Positions 13,200 to 31,451 are shown, counted from the first letter of the stretch. The stretch is DNA of 64,000 bases from Octopus sinensis (GCF_006345805.1 NC_042999.1:121086001-121150000); one strand, 5' to 3'. Notes: generated by a model from the sequence alone, not told the origin. Numbers and translations: made by a program.

Positions 13200-13530
13200 G
13201 CCTACTTATATGTCTACATGAAAAACCTCTTCATTATTTTATAGTTTTCGTCTAGGCATAATCTACAGAATTTATTGTTAATTTTGTAACTAGGTACATG
13301 TGCTAAAATCTTCCGTTTGATTTTGTAGCTAACTTGTTTTTGCTTCTCAGATGCCATATTTTGTTTATAATCCTGTACTATTCATTTTATTTTGGTCCCT
13401 AAAAGTCGTTTCTTCATTTAAACCAATCTTGCGTTGATCCGATATATTAATACTTAATCATATCTTGTGTAATTATTGTTGCCCGGTATACAACGTCTTT
13501 TTTCTGCAATCCCTTTTTAACATATATCTG
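13200..13530 (-). mobile_element. Penelope-like element GIY-YIG endonuclease remnant
   Basis: Minus-strand translation with stops and frameshifts: RDCRKKDVVYRATII...YIGSTQDWFK...NSTGL...IWHLR...YKIKRKIL...FCRLCLDENYKI, matching the VY-YIG and CxxC pattern of PLE endonucleases. Confidence 0.7.
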
Positions 13531-13614
13531 TCTGGCTCACTACAATTACAGTTTATATTTTGCCTAGATAATGAAATATTATTATGCCTGATACATTTAT
13601 ATAAGTTATGTAAG

Positions 13615-13682
<68 letters not shown>

Positions 13683-14893
13683 ATTATGATGTTCACTTCA
13701 CAGTCACAAATGTCCCGGTTTCGTTCCCACTGTACGTATTTTAGACAAATCTTTATAACCTAGGGTGACTCATAACTTGTGAGTAAAATTGGGTAGACGG
13801 ACTCTGTATAGAAACCTGAATCCGTGATTGAAGATGTGGATTTGATCTGTAATTCCAAATAACAAACTTGTCTGGGAGAATTTACGCTGGTTTTGCCTGA
13901 CATTTACGTTAAGGATACACTTGTTTTTTTTATATAAACGTACATCCATTTGTATGCTAATTCAATAGACAGGTATTTCAGTTGATCGAATAACCGAATC
14001 CTCGTTCTCGAAACCGGCGGAGAACTATATGACTATATGCAGGACTGTATGCAGGTATGTATGCATATGTATGTATATGTGAATGTGAGAGAGAGAGAGA
14101 GAGAAAGAAAGAAAGAAAGAAAGAGAGAGTGTGTGTGAGTGTGTACATTGATAAATTGTTACTTTGTCTTGCCCACTAAGTAAGGTATGTTTCTCTGGCG
14201 ACGTAATATAGGTTAGAAATATGTTTATTATTTTCGTAGGTTGTCGTAATAACGAAATCAATTCTCATACTTCATATTCTATTTTTTTCAAAAAAAGTTT
14301 CAATATGCTGATTTTATTGAAGTTATCTCTCGTTGAATTTAGATTTTAAACATTCCTATAAGTAGGTGTTTGCCTGCCAGTTATATAAACTGATTACATT
14401 TAATCACTGTTTTTCAGTTTTCTCATATAAGAGACTCTGTCGTATTTGTATTCAGTATACAAATTTGTTTCTAGAAGTATTTTTGATCAACCTTATATAG
14501 AGTTACAAATAATATATTCTGTACTAATTTGTTAGTGCTGCGCCTTACAAACCATAAACATATTAATTACTTTGTTTCAGTACTGTATATATGTGACTTT
14601 TATTGTTGGCATCTATATGATGCTTTGTGTTAATTCTTATTCAAATCATTCATATATTATAATGATTTTAGCATATCCTTTCATGAAGTATCATCATGCT
14701 CACATGTCATATTATTTTCGCTACAATCAATACGACTTTGATGAATAGCCATTTAGACTGTACCAAAATATAGGTTAATAAAGAAGTGTCATTGTTACAC
14801 AGGAGCACACAGCCTGGTTTAAAAGTGTGAGAGAGAGTGTGTATGCTTGTACGTGAGAATATGCATAACATACACATACATGTATATATATAT

Positions 14894-14967
<74 letters not shown>

Positions 14968-16149
14968 CATAGATGAAGAAACATTCGTATATATATTTTT
15001 CTGTATATATATATATATATACATACATGCATGAATACATACATATATACTTGCATATAAATGTCTGTGAGGGTGTGTTTGTGTGTGTGTGCATGTATTT
15101 GTATGGGAAAGAGTTACGTGTGCTTTGCATGTATCTTTGTATTGTGTTTATCTGTATGAATATATCAGTGTATCTGTTTGAATTTGTGAGAATTAAGTAG
15201 AGTGGAGGTTGGGGTTTAAACCTGGGTTGGTGGTTACATGCAAGCAAGCAAAGATAGCTTCTCTTTCTCTTACTTTTTATATTTACAATTACAATTACTT
15301 TGCTAGACCATTACTTTTCATAGTCAGACATTTTTCTTCCACAACTGACTGCTCGATAAAACAATGGTGCTCATAAATCAGCCATCTGTATTTATTGTCT
15401 TTGATCTTTCTTATTCAAAATGCTACACTTATATTCAACATCAGAGAGTTTCTTTAAATGTCAATAGTTAGTCATGCATTTTTAATGTAAATCAACACAA
15501 TCAATGATAGCCATTGAAATCACAGTTTGTCAACTCATTTATCACTTAAAAACCTATGAGATTTTTCTCTCACTCTCTCTCTCTGTCTCTCCCCTTCTCT
15601 CTCTTTATAGTAAGCAATAGTAAATAATGAAATCACTTTTTCTTTACTTAGCACATACATGGTCGATCTTTTAGGATGTGTGTTATAAATAGGTTAAATA
15701 TCTACAAGCATATTACTGATATTTATTCAATAAATCTCTCTTTCAATGTCTGGTCTGATTAAGTTCGTCCTCAAAACTGTACGGTTATAAACAACATACT
15801 TTACCCTTCTATCAACTGAGTCAAAACCACCGTTTGAACCGTATAAAAATTAATGAAACCATAAAATATAAAACGAAAATATATGGTTATTACCTTAAAG
15901 GTTTTGATATTCATGCAATGGTGTTTGAAGTAATTTTAAATAGGTTAATGGCTCGACAAAGACCCCCTAAGAATTCGGGCAATAAAAGAACTATAATTAT
16001 TTAAGATATTATCACAGTAAGTAGTTATCATAATTGATAGCAGAAATATTCTTTCGTAGAAGGACTTAAGATTTAACTTGAAACTCTTTGCAAGTCATAA
16101 AAATTCTACTGAAGCCATACAACAAATCATCTCGTAAATCTATTGTTTC

Positions 16150-16760
16150 TTTAATTACAAATTATTTATTGCTCTTACATTTTTCAAAATCTGAAATAGC
16201 ATTTTTCTAACAAAAGTAAGTGCTCTTCATAAATTATTTCGAACTATATTTCCTACTCTTTCGCTAAAGATTTTAAAATTGTTTGAATTTTCTACATCAG
16301 CCTCAGCTGGTATTATTCTTCAGCTCACCTGCTCTTGATTTTTACTTGCGAAGTTAGTTTTGGATTTAACAATTAGGCAAATGCAAGCATTTTCTAATTA
16401 CACTTGATATCTCATAGAACGCTTCACAAAACATAAGTGTTCTCCCATTGATATATTAACTGAACATCTGTCTTTGTCTTCTTCCGTCAAAATTAAGCTT
16501 CATCAATGAACTTCTTTCACTGCATGAATCCATATGTGCTTTTGAAAAATAAGATTAATTTTATGTTAACTACTTTCCAAACCCGCAGTAATTAAACGAG
16601 ATGTTAGTTATCTTAATTTGTTGATGACAAATCAAGTGTAGAAAAAATTTAATTGCTTTTCCTGATTTTGTGTTGATATAACAAATTAACATCATTCTTT
16701 GTGTATAAGATTGTCTGGCAATTTGAATCGTAAATAGAGCGGTGGATTTAAAATTCTGCG
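16150..16760 (-). mobile_element. Possible very old hAT (Buster/ZBED5-like) transposase remnant
   Basis: Weak motif resemblance only: FTIQI....LICY....AIKFFL versus FxIQxDESTD...LxxVRY...EEFLF; multiple stops. Confidence 0.25.
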
Positions 16761-16889
16761 TCAATTAGTCCTTGTAGGACTAAAATAAAATCACGAAATA
16801 AGAATAGTTGTAGTTCAAAGTGTCTGTGAAAATGTCACACAGAAAACATCTCTGATATTCTTCCAATCGGTTGGTGGAGTACATTCACT

Positions 16890-17410
16890 TTTACGGTTTC
16901 AAAAAACTGTGGCCATGCAGGGGCACCGCCGTTTTGCTATACTATTATGATTGAGAGTCTCCTCTGATATGCGGCATTTGGTCAATAAGGGAGTTTTATG
17001 TTACTGTCCTCATTTGTGCCTCCTGTCGCGAGATAGGTTAATCTGGGACTCTCGACGAGAAGGGATCCAGTTCCGTTTTGAAAACACCTGCATCCACTTT
17101 TTGTAGGTCCCTCAGACTCTTTGAGCGAATATTAAAATGCTGTGGGCCGTTGAAATTTAGGTTATTGCAGTAACTGGTCCTGAAGCGCGACGGCATTGCT
17201 GGGATCTTTGCCACTGTGTAGTGGCGATCCGTTCTGGCATTTGTGTAGTTTTCAATGCCAAAGTTTGATGCAATCACTTCCAGGATATTCCAGATGTATA
17301 TTACTGCATATCTCTCCCGCCTTCGCCTTCTACAAGGAGTAGAGTCTTAGCTGCTTCAGTCTTTCCCAGTAGCTAAGCTGTTGCAATGAGACACGTGAAG
17401 CTTCAAGGTC
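16890..17410 (-). mobile_element. CR1/L2-group LINE 3' fragment
   Basis: SYWERLKQLRLYSL.RRRERYAVIYIWNILE...FNGPQHFN...FKTELD.F.SRVPD; 3' tail ggcggtgcccctgcatggccacag..gaaac. Confidence 0.8.
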
Positions 17411-18172
17411 CACTGTTAATTTTACACTGTGGGGTGACCATAGTTTAACGGAAGTTTAAAAACACATTTTTTGCCAATTTCTATAGAGACTCTTGCGAAA
17501 AAGTTAATGATCCTTTGTCATTTGAAATTTAAAACTTAGATGTTAGAAACTTTTTAAAAATAATAAAACCAGTTATTAAACTGTTTATACCGTTGATATA
17601 TCATTATTTTTTTAAATTTGATTAAGTAGAATAACATGTATATAACATATTTGATTTTTCAGTATGACAACATTTGGAAAGGAAGAATTTATCGATTAAA
17701 TCGATCCTGAAGAAAAGGGAACACAAAGTACAGAAATACAAAAATAAATATCTAGATTAAATATACATAATTGTTAAATGCCTGTCAATTGTCTCCACTT
17801 TGTTTTCATAGAAACATAAGCCTCTAGACAGTCAACGATTAATTATAAAACTATGTTGATATAAGTTGAAAAACGTCAAAAATAGTAAAAAATTGTTTAA
17901 GGAATTCTCGTCATGAATTTTTCTTTTAACAATTTACCCAAGGTAAATATCAATAATGAAATCAAAGTAACGTCAAAAGCAAAAGGAGTAATTGGTTTAA
18001 CAATGGTAATATAACAAAGAAAAGTTGCAGGTTATAGAACAGAAACAATCGAACACTTGAGGAAATTTACTCAAACAAATCGACTCCAATACTTACTTTT
18101 TGTAAAGCCTGGTAATTATTTTATCGGTTTCTTTTGTCGAACTGCTAATTTATAATCACGCAAACTATATTA

Positions 18173-18219
<47 letters not shown>

Positions 18220-18220
18220 T

Positions 18221-21866
<3,646 letters not shown>

Positions 21867-22288
21867 GATAGATAGATAGATAGATAGATAGATATGTTTC
21901 TTTATTAGCCACACAGGGCTGCACACAGATAGAACAAATTACAAGGTAGAGCTTTTCTTTTGAAGGTATTAAAAAAAAAAAAAAAAAAAAAAAAAGGAAG
22001 GGGGAGTTCGATCAAAAGGGATCGTAAAAGGAGAGAAAGAGGACAAAAAGGGGGGTTAAAAAAAAAAAAAAAAAGGGGGGGGGGAGAGGAAAAAAAAATG
22101 ATCAATAGGATCGTTATCACAGAAATGTCAATATGAAGTGTAAGGGGAGGACAGGTGAGGTTTACCCGTGGAAAGAAAAGCCTGCGGAAAAGACCACGGT
22201 AACCTCGGTCAATGAAGTCACTTTTATATTTCTTTTTTTTTTTTTTTTTTTTTTGCAAATAAGCAACTCTCTGTTTTCGATTCTGGGT

Positions 22289-25200
22289 TCATAGGACTAT
22301 GCTCAAGGTGGCTTCGTCATTCATACGTGCCATTCTTGCTACATTCACCCATCTTTTTTTAAAACATTCGCTAGACAAAACTTGCCTCTCTACTCTCACT
22401 TTCCTTTTCAAGTGGTACTTGAAGAAGTTGATGAGAGATTGACCAGAGAGGAAAGTGTTTGTCTCCAATCCTTTCAGACGCGTCCACCAGATACATTCTT
22501 TCGCCATAGCCACAAGGATGATGAAAATAGCTCTTCCTTCCCGTTTGAAGGAAGGAGGCGTGACAATATTGACGATAGACTCAGCTGATAAACCGACTCG
22601 TCCCACACGTGACAGCAGTTGTTCGACATAAGCCCACAGGTCGGAAATTGTTGGACACTGAACGAGTGCGTGCAGAACGGTTTCGTCGCTCTGACCGCAT
22701 CTCGGGCAGGTCGCCCCGTGTTTCTCGAGCCGTGTCTGTAGAGCTTATCCCGAACGGGTAGCGCTTCTCGGTAGCACTGCCAGGCCAGGGATCTCTGGAA
22801 GTTGTCCATGGGCCCTGGCCCGAAAGTCGTCCCGAACAGGCGGGTCAGGTACTCCTCGTCGACGTCCAGGTTCGCCCCGAGCTCGTCGTCGTACCTCCCC
22901 TCCACTAAACCCCTATAGAATGCTTTGGTTGTGTTGAAGTCACTTAAGGTCGACCCAGGACGGCAGAGTTGCTTGAGAGCAACGCGACACTCGCGGTGCC
23001 ATTCGCCCTTCCTCGGCCTCTTTTTGATCCACGACTGCAGTTCGGTCATGGAGACGAGCTGCGGGAAAGCGTGCCTCACAAACGGCGACCCACCCTGTTC
23101 ACCGTCGTCTACATAGAGCCAGAGATGTCGCAGTCTCAGCGCGTGTCTGCGCATCATCAACCACGGCATGCCCAGCCCTCCTTTTAACGGGTGTTGACAG
23201 CAAATGGATCGCCTGACCATCGGGACGCATCCTTTCCACAAGAAGCGAAAGAGGATGCGTTGTAGTTTGGTGATGGTAGGGTCGGGACAAGGTACGACGG
23301 TCAGGCGGTAGTAGATGACGGACGCGATGTACGTGTTCGCCACCTCCGCTCGACCTTTTAGGGACAGTTTCCTCTCGGCCCATTGCCGGGCGAGAGTGAC
23401 CACCCTACTCGTTATCTCGTTCCAGTTCTTCTCCACTTGGAGGTCCGGACCAACCAGACCCCGAGCAACTCAACCGGGCCGTCGGTCCAGCGTCCCACGA
23501 CGGAGGCGCTGGTGGACGGCATGGGCTTGCTTCTCCAGGTGCCTAGTCGCAAGCCCACTGACTTTTCCCGGTTGATTTTCGCTCCTGTCACCGCTTCGTA
23601 GTTTTTCAGTGTCTCGCCGACCAGCTCGATGTGCTCGTGGCTAGACACTATGACGGTGACGTCGTCCGCGTATGCAGACACGCTCGTCCCGCATCCCAAT
23701 TCTCGCGGGATGCCCCTTAGAGTCGCCAGCTTCCGCAGTAGTGGCTCAAGAGTCAATACGTATAGAAGCGCCGAGAGGGGGCATCCCTGACGGACCGAAC
23801 GTGCAATGTCGAAAGGTCTCGATAGATGTCCATTTACGCGAATTACCGAACGGATGCCTCTGTACAAGGCAGCTATCCAGCCGCGGAAGACGGGACCGAA
23901 ACCAGCCGCTCTCAGGACTGCCTCCAAGTATCGATGGTCTACCCTATCAAAGGCTTTTGATTGATCCAAGTTGATCAGGCCCCACCCATGCCAGGTTCGT
24001 TAACTACCCTGTCTATGATGTAGCGCATCAGATGGAGGTTGTCATGGATGGTCCGGCCTGGCACGGCGCATGTTTGCGCCTTGTCGACCAGTTTCTCGAT
24101 GACAAGCGCCAACCTCTTGGCTAGCACCTTGGCCAAAATTTTCAAGTCTGCATTAAGCAGAGTGATGGGCCTAAAGTTATCTATTACATTTCCCTTGTTT
24201 AGATCTTTCTTCAGCAGTGTTACGGCTCCTCGGCTCACAAAACCAGGAATGCTCCCGTTTTGCTGCCAGTTGCAGTACACCGCCGCCAAGAGATCTCCAA
24301 ACAAGTCTGGCATACAATTGTAAAGCTCGTAGGGTAGACCATCCAAACCCGGTGATTTGTCCCTCGAGCATTCTGCCATCGCTTCCCGCACTTCCGCCGC
24401 CGTGATGGCACCTTCGCAGCACCCTGCCTTTCTTGTCGAGAGTCGTGGTAGGCTATGTAGGTAGGCACTGAAGTCCACCCTACGTTCTTGCCCTCCACTC
24501 GTTCCGAACAGTCGGGCAAAATGCTGCTGAAAGGCCTCACACATTTTACTTGGCTCGAGCAATTCGCGCCCCTGTTCATCTACCAGTGACCGAATGGTGG
24601 CTTTGTTGCCCTGTTGCGCGCCTCTGCCACCCGGGCCTCTCTCGCGGCTCCAACACCTTCGTTCCTTAGAGCACGCATCCTAGCTCTGACAGCACATCCT
24701 TCGTGTTTGGCGTTGAAGTGTTGGTCGAGGGCCAACCTCGCCGCCAAAACGTCGGATGCGATGCCGCTTCTAATTGCCTCTTCTAGCTTCTTAACTAGCT
24801 CACCCTCTACTCTATTTCTATCTATGGCTAGTGCTTTGCTGTACCTAATCGCTTCTGCTTTTACTGCTCTCTTGAGGGCAAACCACCATTTGTTGTTGAT
24901 GATGGCTCCCGTCAAAGCCCTCTTTACTAGTGTGCTAATCCGGTCTCTGAAAACTTGTCTCGATGGGAAAGACGCGTTTAGTTTCCAGTATCCGGGACCC
25001 TGCCTAAGTGTCTTACCTAAGTCTAGCGTACATGTCACAAGTTTGTGATCCGTGTAGCTGACTATGTGGAATTGTGGACATCCTATGCTATCTCTATCTA
25101 CTGTCCTACACAGTATCCTATCTAGATACGATCTCGACGACCCGATGCGGTTGCTCCATGTCCACGTTGGCGCATTCGGGTGGTCTAGTCGAAACCTGTC

Positions 25201-25726
25201 AGACAGTTGAAAGCGTCTGAGCAGGTCTCTGAGGCATTTGCATCCCCCCGTCTATTCCTATCTCTACCCACGTAGTCTACATGCGTGTCCAAGGTAGCAT
25301 TCCAATCCCCCACTAAGAGTAAAGGACGAGACGTTCCCAAGAAAACTTCTAGACGTTGAAAGAAATCCGCCCGACCTGTTAAGGGCGGTGCGTAAACTGA
25401 TACGAGCCGAAAAGCGCACCCATTGCTGCCGTCGACATCCAGGACGACCAGTCTACCCTCCGGGTCTACGAATATTGTCCTTACATTGAGATCCAGACTC
25501 TTGTGAAAAAGTACCGCGGTGCCACTACCGCCCATTCTCGGCAGACAGGGGAAAAATAAATGTTGAACTGTCCGCCAAACATGGTCTTTAGGGCCCGCGG
25601 ATTGTGGAGTCTGGTCTCGCTTATGGCTATGATTTCTAACTTATGTGACTTTATGTCATTTAAGAGGTACCCTTGTTTCCAAGGGGACCCCAGACCACGC
25701 GCATTTACACAACCAATCTTGATCAT
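22289..25726 (-). pseudogene. Tx1 ORF2 (APE endonuclease + reverse transcriptase), split by several frameshifts
   Basis: Starts MIKIGCVNARGL...IIAISETRL; contains LLVGDWNATL, NFRPITLLNADLKILAK, DQSKAFDRVDH, QGCPLS and YADD across track ORFs 25481-25726, 25185-25535, 24580-25038, 23975-24562, 23412-23969, 22474-23436 and 22289-22606. Confidence 0.9.
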
Positions 25727-25757
25727 AGTTCTAATGAATTAGAATACAGAGGGTTAC

Positions 25758-27760
25758 TTACTGCTCGAAAGTTTTTGCTTTCTCCTCCGTTGGTTTGTCC
25801 TCGAGAAGATCCCAGTACAGTTTCTTTGTGAGATATTTTTGGCATTTACCAACCGCACTGGGGAAAATGCCTTTGAGTGTGTGGTGCAGACTTTTGGAGA
25901 TGTGTATTATTTTGATGTGGTCTGGTGGTGTTGTGTATGGGTGGTTGTTTGTTTTTATGTCATCTTCTGTTATGTTTGTTTTTGATTGGATGTATTCCAT
26001 CAAATTTGTGTTTTTGGTGTCTATGGCTGTGAGCATGTTTGCTGTATATGTTTTTGTGGTGTTGGTGTGGCTGTTGTTTGCGTTGGGTTTTGAAATGTCT
26101 TCGGGAGATGTATTTCCCCCTGCTTTGTTCGTGTTTGCATTTGGTTTGGTTGTGTTTCTGCTCTTTATTTTCCTTCTTTTTGTAGCTATTTGCCATTCCT
26201 CACTGGTTTCGTCTTCCGACGAAATTTCTGAGGAATCAGAAGGGGGTAGGGGTATGTTGTGGCTTCTATGTATGTCTGTGTAAGTGGTTGTGTTGTTGTT
26301 TTCGTTGTTGTTGGTTGTTGAGTGTTTGTGTGTGTTGAGTGCGGTATAAGGGATGGGGGATCAGTTTGTGTGTGTTTTCTTTGTTTTTCTGTTCCTTTGG
26401 GTTTTGCTGTTGATGGTAGTGTTGGTATTTTTCCAGGTGTCGAGTGGTTTTTGGTTGATGACGGATTAGCTTGGTGTGCTTCTCTTGTCGTCTTCTGTGT
26501 TGATGGTGGTGTGGGTAGTAGAGCTTTTTTTCCGGAGTGCTTTGGTTGTGGTAGTGGTTGTTGTTGTTGCTCTTGGTGTGCAGTGGTTGGGCACGTCTTT
26601 TTCAAGTGTGTTTCGCTTCCACACAAATAGCAGCGTGGTCGCCTGCCCTCTACCACTATATAGAGTTTGTAGCCTCCTGGCAGTTCTATAGCGGTGGGTA
26701 TCTTCTCTCTTGCTGCTTCATCCAATTGAAGCAGGAATTCGATTGATTTGCCCACATAGTCTTTCTCTCCTAGAACCGCGATTTCCAGGATGTTTGTCTC
26801 TGACATTGTCTCTGACATTTCAAAGCAGATGGCAGAGACCACCCATTGTGTTTCGACATCAAATGGTATGTTTTTTATTTGGACTTTCGTGACCCTTTTG
26901 TTTAAATAGACTGGTATCATTACCAAGTCGTCCGAATGTAGCTCCAATGTGGAAAAACGTTTTGCTAAACTTTCGTTGAGGAAACGTACTTGGACTGTAC
27001 CAAATTTGTTTCCCCAACTGATATATTCCTTGGAGTCCCATACAGGACGAAGGCATTTATCGATTTTTTCCTGCGGTGCATTTTCTGTTCTTCTTGTTTT
27101 TTTGTTTATTACTTTATAAATTATTGTTTTTTTTTGCGTGTTTTCCACGATGTGTTGTGGAATATGAAGGTGCAATTTGTCTCCTTCTTTGGAGAAGAGT
27201 GCCTTTGTGCGGTTTATCTCTTGTGTGGTGAATGTTACAATTGTTCTTTTTTGTTTTGTTACGTCCGCAAAATTCGTTTTGAATTTGGCAGTAGAAGTGT
27301 TAATTGTGGCAGTGTTAATTGAAGTCATGGTAGTGGTGTTGGTGTTGGCGGTATTAGCAGCAGAAGGCTTGGATGTAGCATTTGACGTCGTAGTAGTGGT
27401 GTTGGTGTTGGCGGTGTTGTCTTTGGTAGGCGGCTTTGTGCCAATTTCGTTGTTGTTGTTGTTGGTGGTGATGGTGGTGGTGCTGGCATTCATGTTTTCG
27501 TTTGTATTCATTTTTGAAATCCCTTTCTCTGTCCCTTTATCATCAACAAGTGGTGTGGGGAGTGAGGGGAAATCTAAGTTAATGTCTTTGGTCGCGGCGA
27601 TGGTGAATGCGACGTTAGATTTGTTGTTGTTGTTGTTGGTGGTGGTGATGGTGGTGACAGCGGTGTTCACGCTGCGATGTTTAGCAGCTAGTGGTAGCAA
27701 TAGTGTTTTGCTACCGTTCTGCATGACTGGCGGGCTAGCCACGTGGTTTCTAGTTGCCAT
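25758..27760 (-). CDS. Tx1 ORF1 (gag-like nucleic-acid-binding protein), with an apparent frameshift near 26300
   Basis: ATG at 27760 (the track starts at an upstream TTG); RRM-like KVQIKNIPFDV; zinc knuckle CYLCGSETHLKKTC; the second frame (SSEDETSEEWQIATKRRK...) runs to the stop at 25758. Confidence 0.85.
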
Positions 27761-27981
27761 TTTCAAAATGAAAAATGGCTAAAAAACCCACGAAAGTTTT
27801 GAAAGTTTTTTTGTAATTTCGCCCATACAGGGGCGGAATTCTACGTGAATAATTCTCAGGTTTTTTAGTGAATGAATTTGCACAACGATTAAAACAAAAT
27901 ATTTGACAACAAGGAGTTTTAAACATGTAAAAGTGGCCAACTTACTTGGAGCCGATATGACTAGCGTCCGTCCATTGTGAT

Positions 27982-28490
<509 letters not shown>

Positions 28491-31451
28491 ATTAGCTTTT
28501 CTATTCAGTTGAACTCACCACTGTGGTGTGTCTGACTTGGAAACTCCGGGCAACAATATAACCTTCATTTCATTAAGATTCTCTGAACTTGATTAGCCAT
28601 GTTAAGCGTAGCTCATTGCATAACAATAAACAATACCATCATAAGCTTTAGCTAGCTAAGAAACATATGTGGCGTGCATTTTACCTGTTCCACTCCTTCA
28701 GTTTGGAGTTTTATTCGCATTTTTAGCAGCTTTAGTTGCTAACGGTAAGCTATATTGAAACTATCAGCTTATCGGATTTCCTCGCAACTTCGATATAGGA
28801 AAAAGTGTGTAACTCTCACTACCAATAAATTATTATTGTATCTTATCCTATACATTCCACATTTTGTTTTCTATGCCTGCTTAAAGCTTTCCGACGTTTT
28901 ACACCCAGATCCCCGGATCATTCACTTCAGTTCTCTTATCTTCTTTTCTTCTTCCTTCCGTACCTTACACCTACTGATACTTCCTCTCCATCATTCATCT
29001 CTGTATCAGCCATGTAACCGCACACATGCTTTTCCTGGGCATTTTTCCTTCTCCGGACTTTTCCTTTCCCCTCTTTCTGACAAAGAGTCATTCTTGAAAC
29101 GTTAATGCACCTACTCTTCCTCCCACTATTACTAAGCGTCAAGTTAGTACATTCCATGTCATTTTGACTTTCGTTGTTCAGTTATTGGTTATTTTTAATG
29201 TTCGATTTGTCTATATACGTAACCAGCTGTCACTCTCAGGCGAATGTGACAATGTCTTCAGGGTACATGTCCGCACCTTCAAATTTCATCTAGCAGAACA
29301 TCGGGGATGTGACAGCTAGAGAGAGAGGAGGGAAAGAAAGAGAGAGCATGATGCACCAGCACCCGCCTGGTCCTCATTGCAGCTGAACAGACTGAACCAG
29401 CGTAAAATGAAGTTTCTGGCTCAATGATACAAAGCGCTGCCGGTTCACGAATCGAACCTAAGACCTTATAATTCTGAGCCGAACACCCAAGTGTATGTAT
29501 TTGTGGATATATGTGTTTAGAGTATCTGTTAAAGAATGTGCGTTTTGTAGAGGAACAAGAACAAGCTTGGAGTGTTGGTTCGTAACGTGGAGTGTGAAAT
29601 AAATATATATATGACACTGTATATATGTTTTATGCGATGTTTCTGCAGAAAAATTGTGAGGTTATGTATATATTCGTAAACCGTCGTTTATCTAGATATA
29701 AGAGCCTATCATGTATACAAATATAAATGTGTGTATGTATGCGTGTGTGAGTGAGTGTGTGTGTGCATGCCAGCGTGCGTTTGTGCATGTGTGTGTGTGT
29801 GTGTGTGTGTGTATGTAATCACTTTCGCAATAGCGACTGAAACTTTCTTAACAGAATTTTTTTTTTGTAAATTATGAAGGAGTGGTAGTTTTTATTCCTA
29901 ATCTAAAGTTAATGGCACCCAACAAATAACTTTAATATCATAGATGGGACTTACAATTCCTCTGCTGTTATGCCATGTGAATATGCACAACTTAGGTTAA
30001 AAGATAAGAGATGCCAATACTCGGAGTAACGTTTAAGATTTACCATCAAAAGCAGGTGATCACGAAAACAATGATTTTATGTTAAGACTAAGATATTGTC
30101 AATTGGTCAGTTTACCTCTGCTTATATCATGGTAGGACACATGTGAGCGTTGGGTGTCTTAATTATGGACACCAAAAAATAAAGCGCCACGTCTTCCACT
30201 GTTATGTCCCCAGATACAATTCTCTTCTTGATTAAATAATTCAATAGTTTCAATAATAGTTTCCTTAGGTGAAAGAACAGTTTGGTTGTTTGCGTGAGTA
30301 ACAGAAAAATAGGCGGTTCATTCAGCTACTGTTTTATTGCCTGCCTATGATCCACCTCTGATAATTTCTAATCCACCTTTTTCATCACATCGTTAACAAG
30401 CATTTTTATGAGTCAACAAAAACTGGCATCAAGGATATTGCATTTTGCATTGCATGTTGGGTAATGGAGAATATCAATCATTGCTATGGAATCATTATTG
30501 GTTAAATATCATTGTGTTAAGAACAAAGAGTAGTGAGATATTTTGTGCATACTATAAATATGGCTTGTTAAATTTGTCGTTTTGGACAAATTGTTTTATA
30601 GTTTAGCTTTCCATAATTCATGCTTTTGGATCAACTAGAACAACTAACCCATAGCATTCCTTATATCTTTTCCCTAATAAATGAAATGGAAAAGAACTGT
30701 TGTGAAAGATCTATTATATGAAATTAATAACTCAGATCTTAGTTTTAGTATCTATCACGTTATCTACCTTGGATGGAATTGCATATTTCATGACTCTCAG
30801 TTATGGTTTAACCTGATTAGCCATAAAGAATTCAAGTCAGCTATTGCTCACAGTGACTGTTTTCCTTTCTTTTGTGTATATTTGTAGTATATTACATCGT
30901 TATTAGTTAGGTGAAATCCTTTTGTTCGAGATATTTGAAGTTCAAGATAATTGAAGCTGGTGTGCATATAGCCTTTTCTGTGTTATTGCATGAAAATCTA
31001 TAGAACGTAGACATTATAACATACAAATCAATTTAGTAACACCATTAAAGATATCGACTTTTCAGTCAACAAACAATTGACATGTGTCTCATACTGATAC
31101 ACAAGAGCTTGGAGTAAATTACCAACAGGAGCGGTATCTGAACTAGAGTCACGTATAATGTATAATAATTGTAGACGTTGAGTAAAAGTTGAATAAATGT
31201 TTTGAATCAGAGGTTTTCTGATTTTCAGCCAACCAATTGCATAAGAACGAAGAGAAAAAGTAGGGAAAATAAAATCCGAGCAGTTATTCCATTGTTATTA
31301 TAACTACTAACACGTATTCATACAAAACATCGAAAGTACTACGGTATATACTTATGTACTGCTATGTATTTGCTTCTCTGTGTGTGCATAAGTTATGAAT
31401 GCTAAATTATAATATAAACTAATCATAAGATCTAAGTTATTCATATATTTC

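Larger units (their letters stand above)
21895..27980 (-). mobile_element. Tx1/L1-clade LINE copy 2, apparently full length (5'UTR, ORF1, ORF2, 3'UTR)
   Basis: ORF1 with CCHC knuckle; ORF2 with APE, RT and C-terminal zinc motif; Tx1-type text (YWKLN, KSPGLDGLPYE, RQGCPLS, KLSLKGRAEV); (GATA)n on both sides. Confidence 0.95.

Noticed and set aside
25795-27782. Long plus-strand ORFs (201 aa, 162 aa and others) opposite Tx1 ORF1, and similar ones opposite the R4 ORF
   Set aside because: Antisense shadows of low-complexity or codon-biased LINE ORFs; no independent motifs.
31104-31140. 15-nt phase-1 micro-exon candidate (D-TAPV-G) between exons C and B
   Set aside because: Phase-compatible, but too short to distinguish from chance without transcript data.
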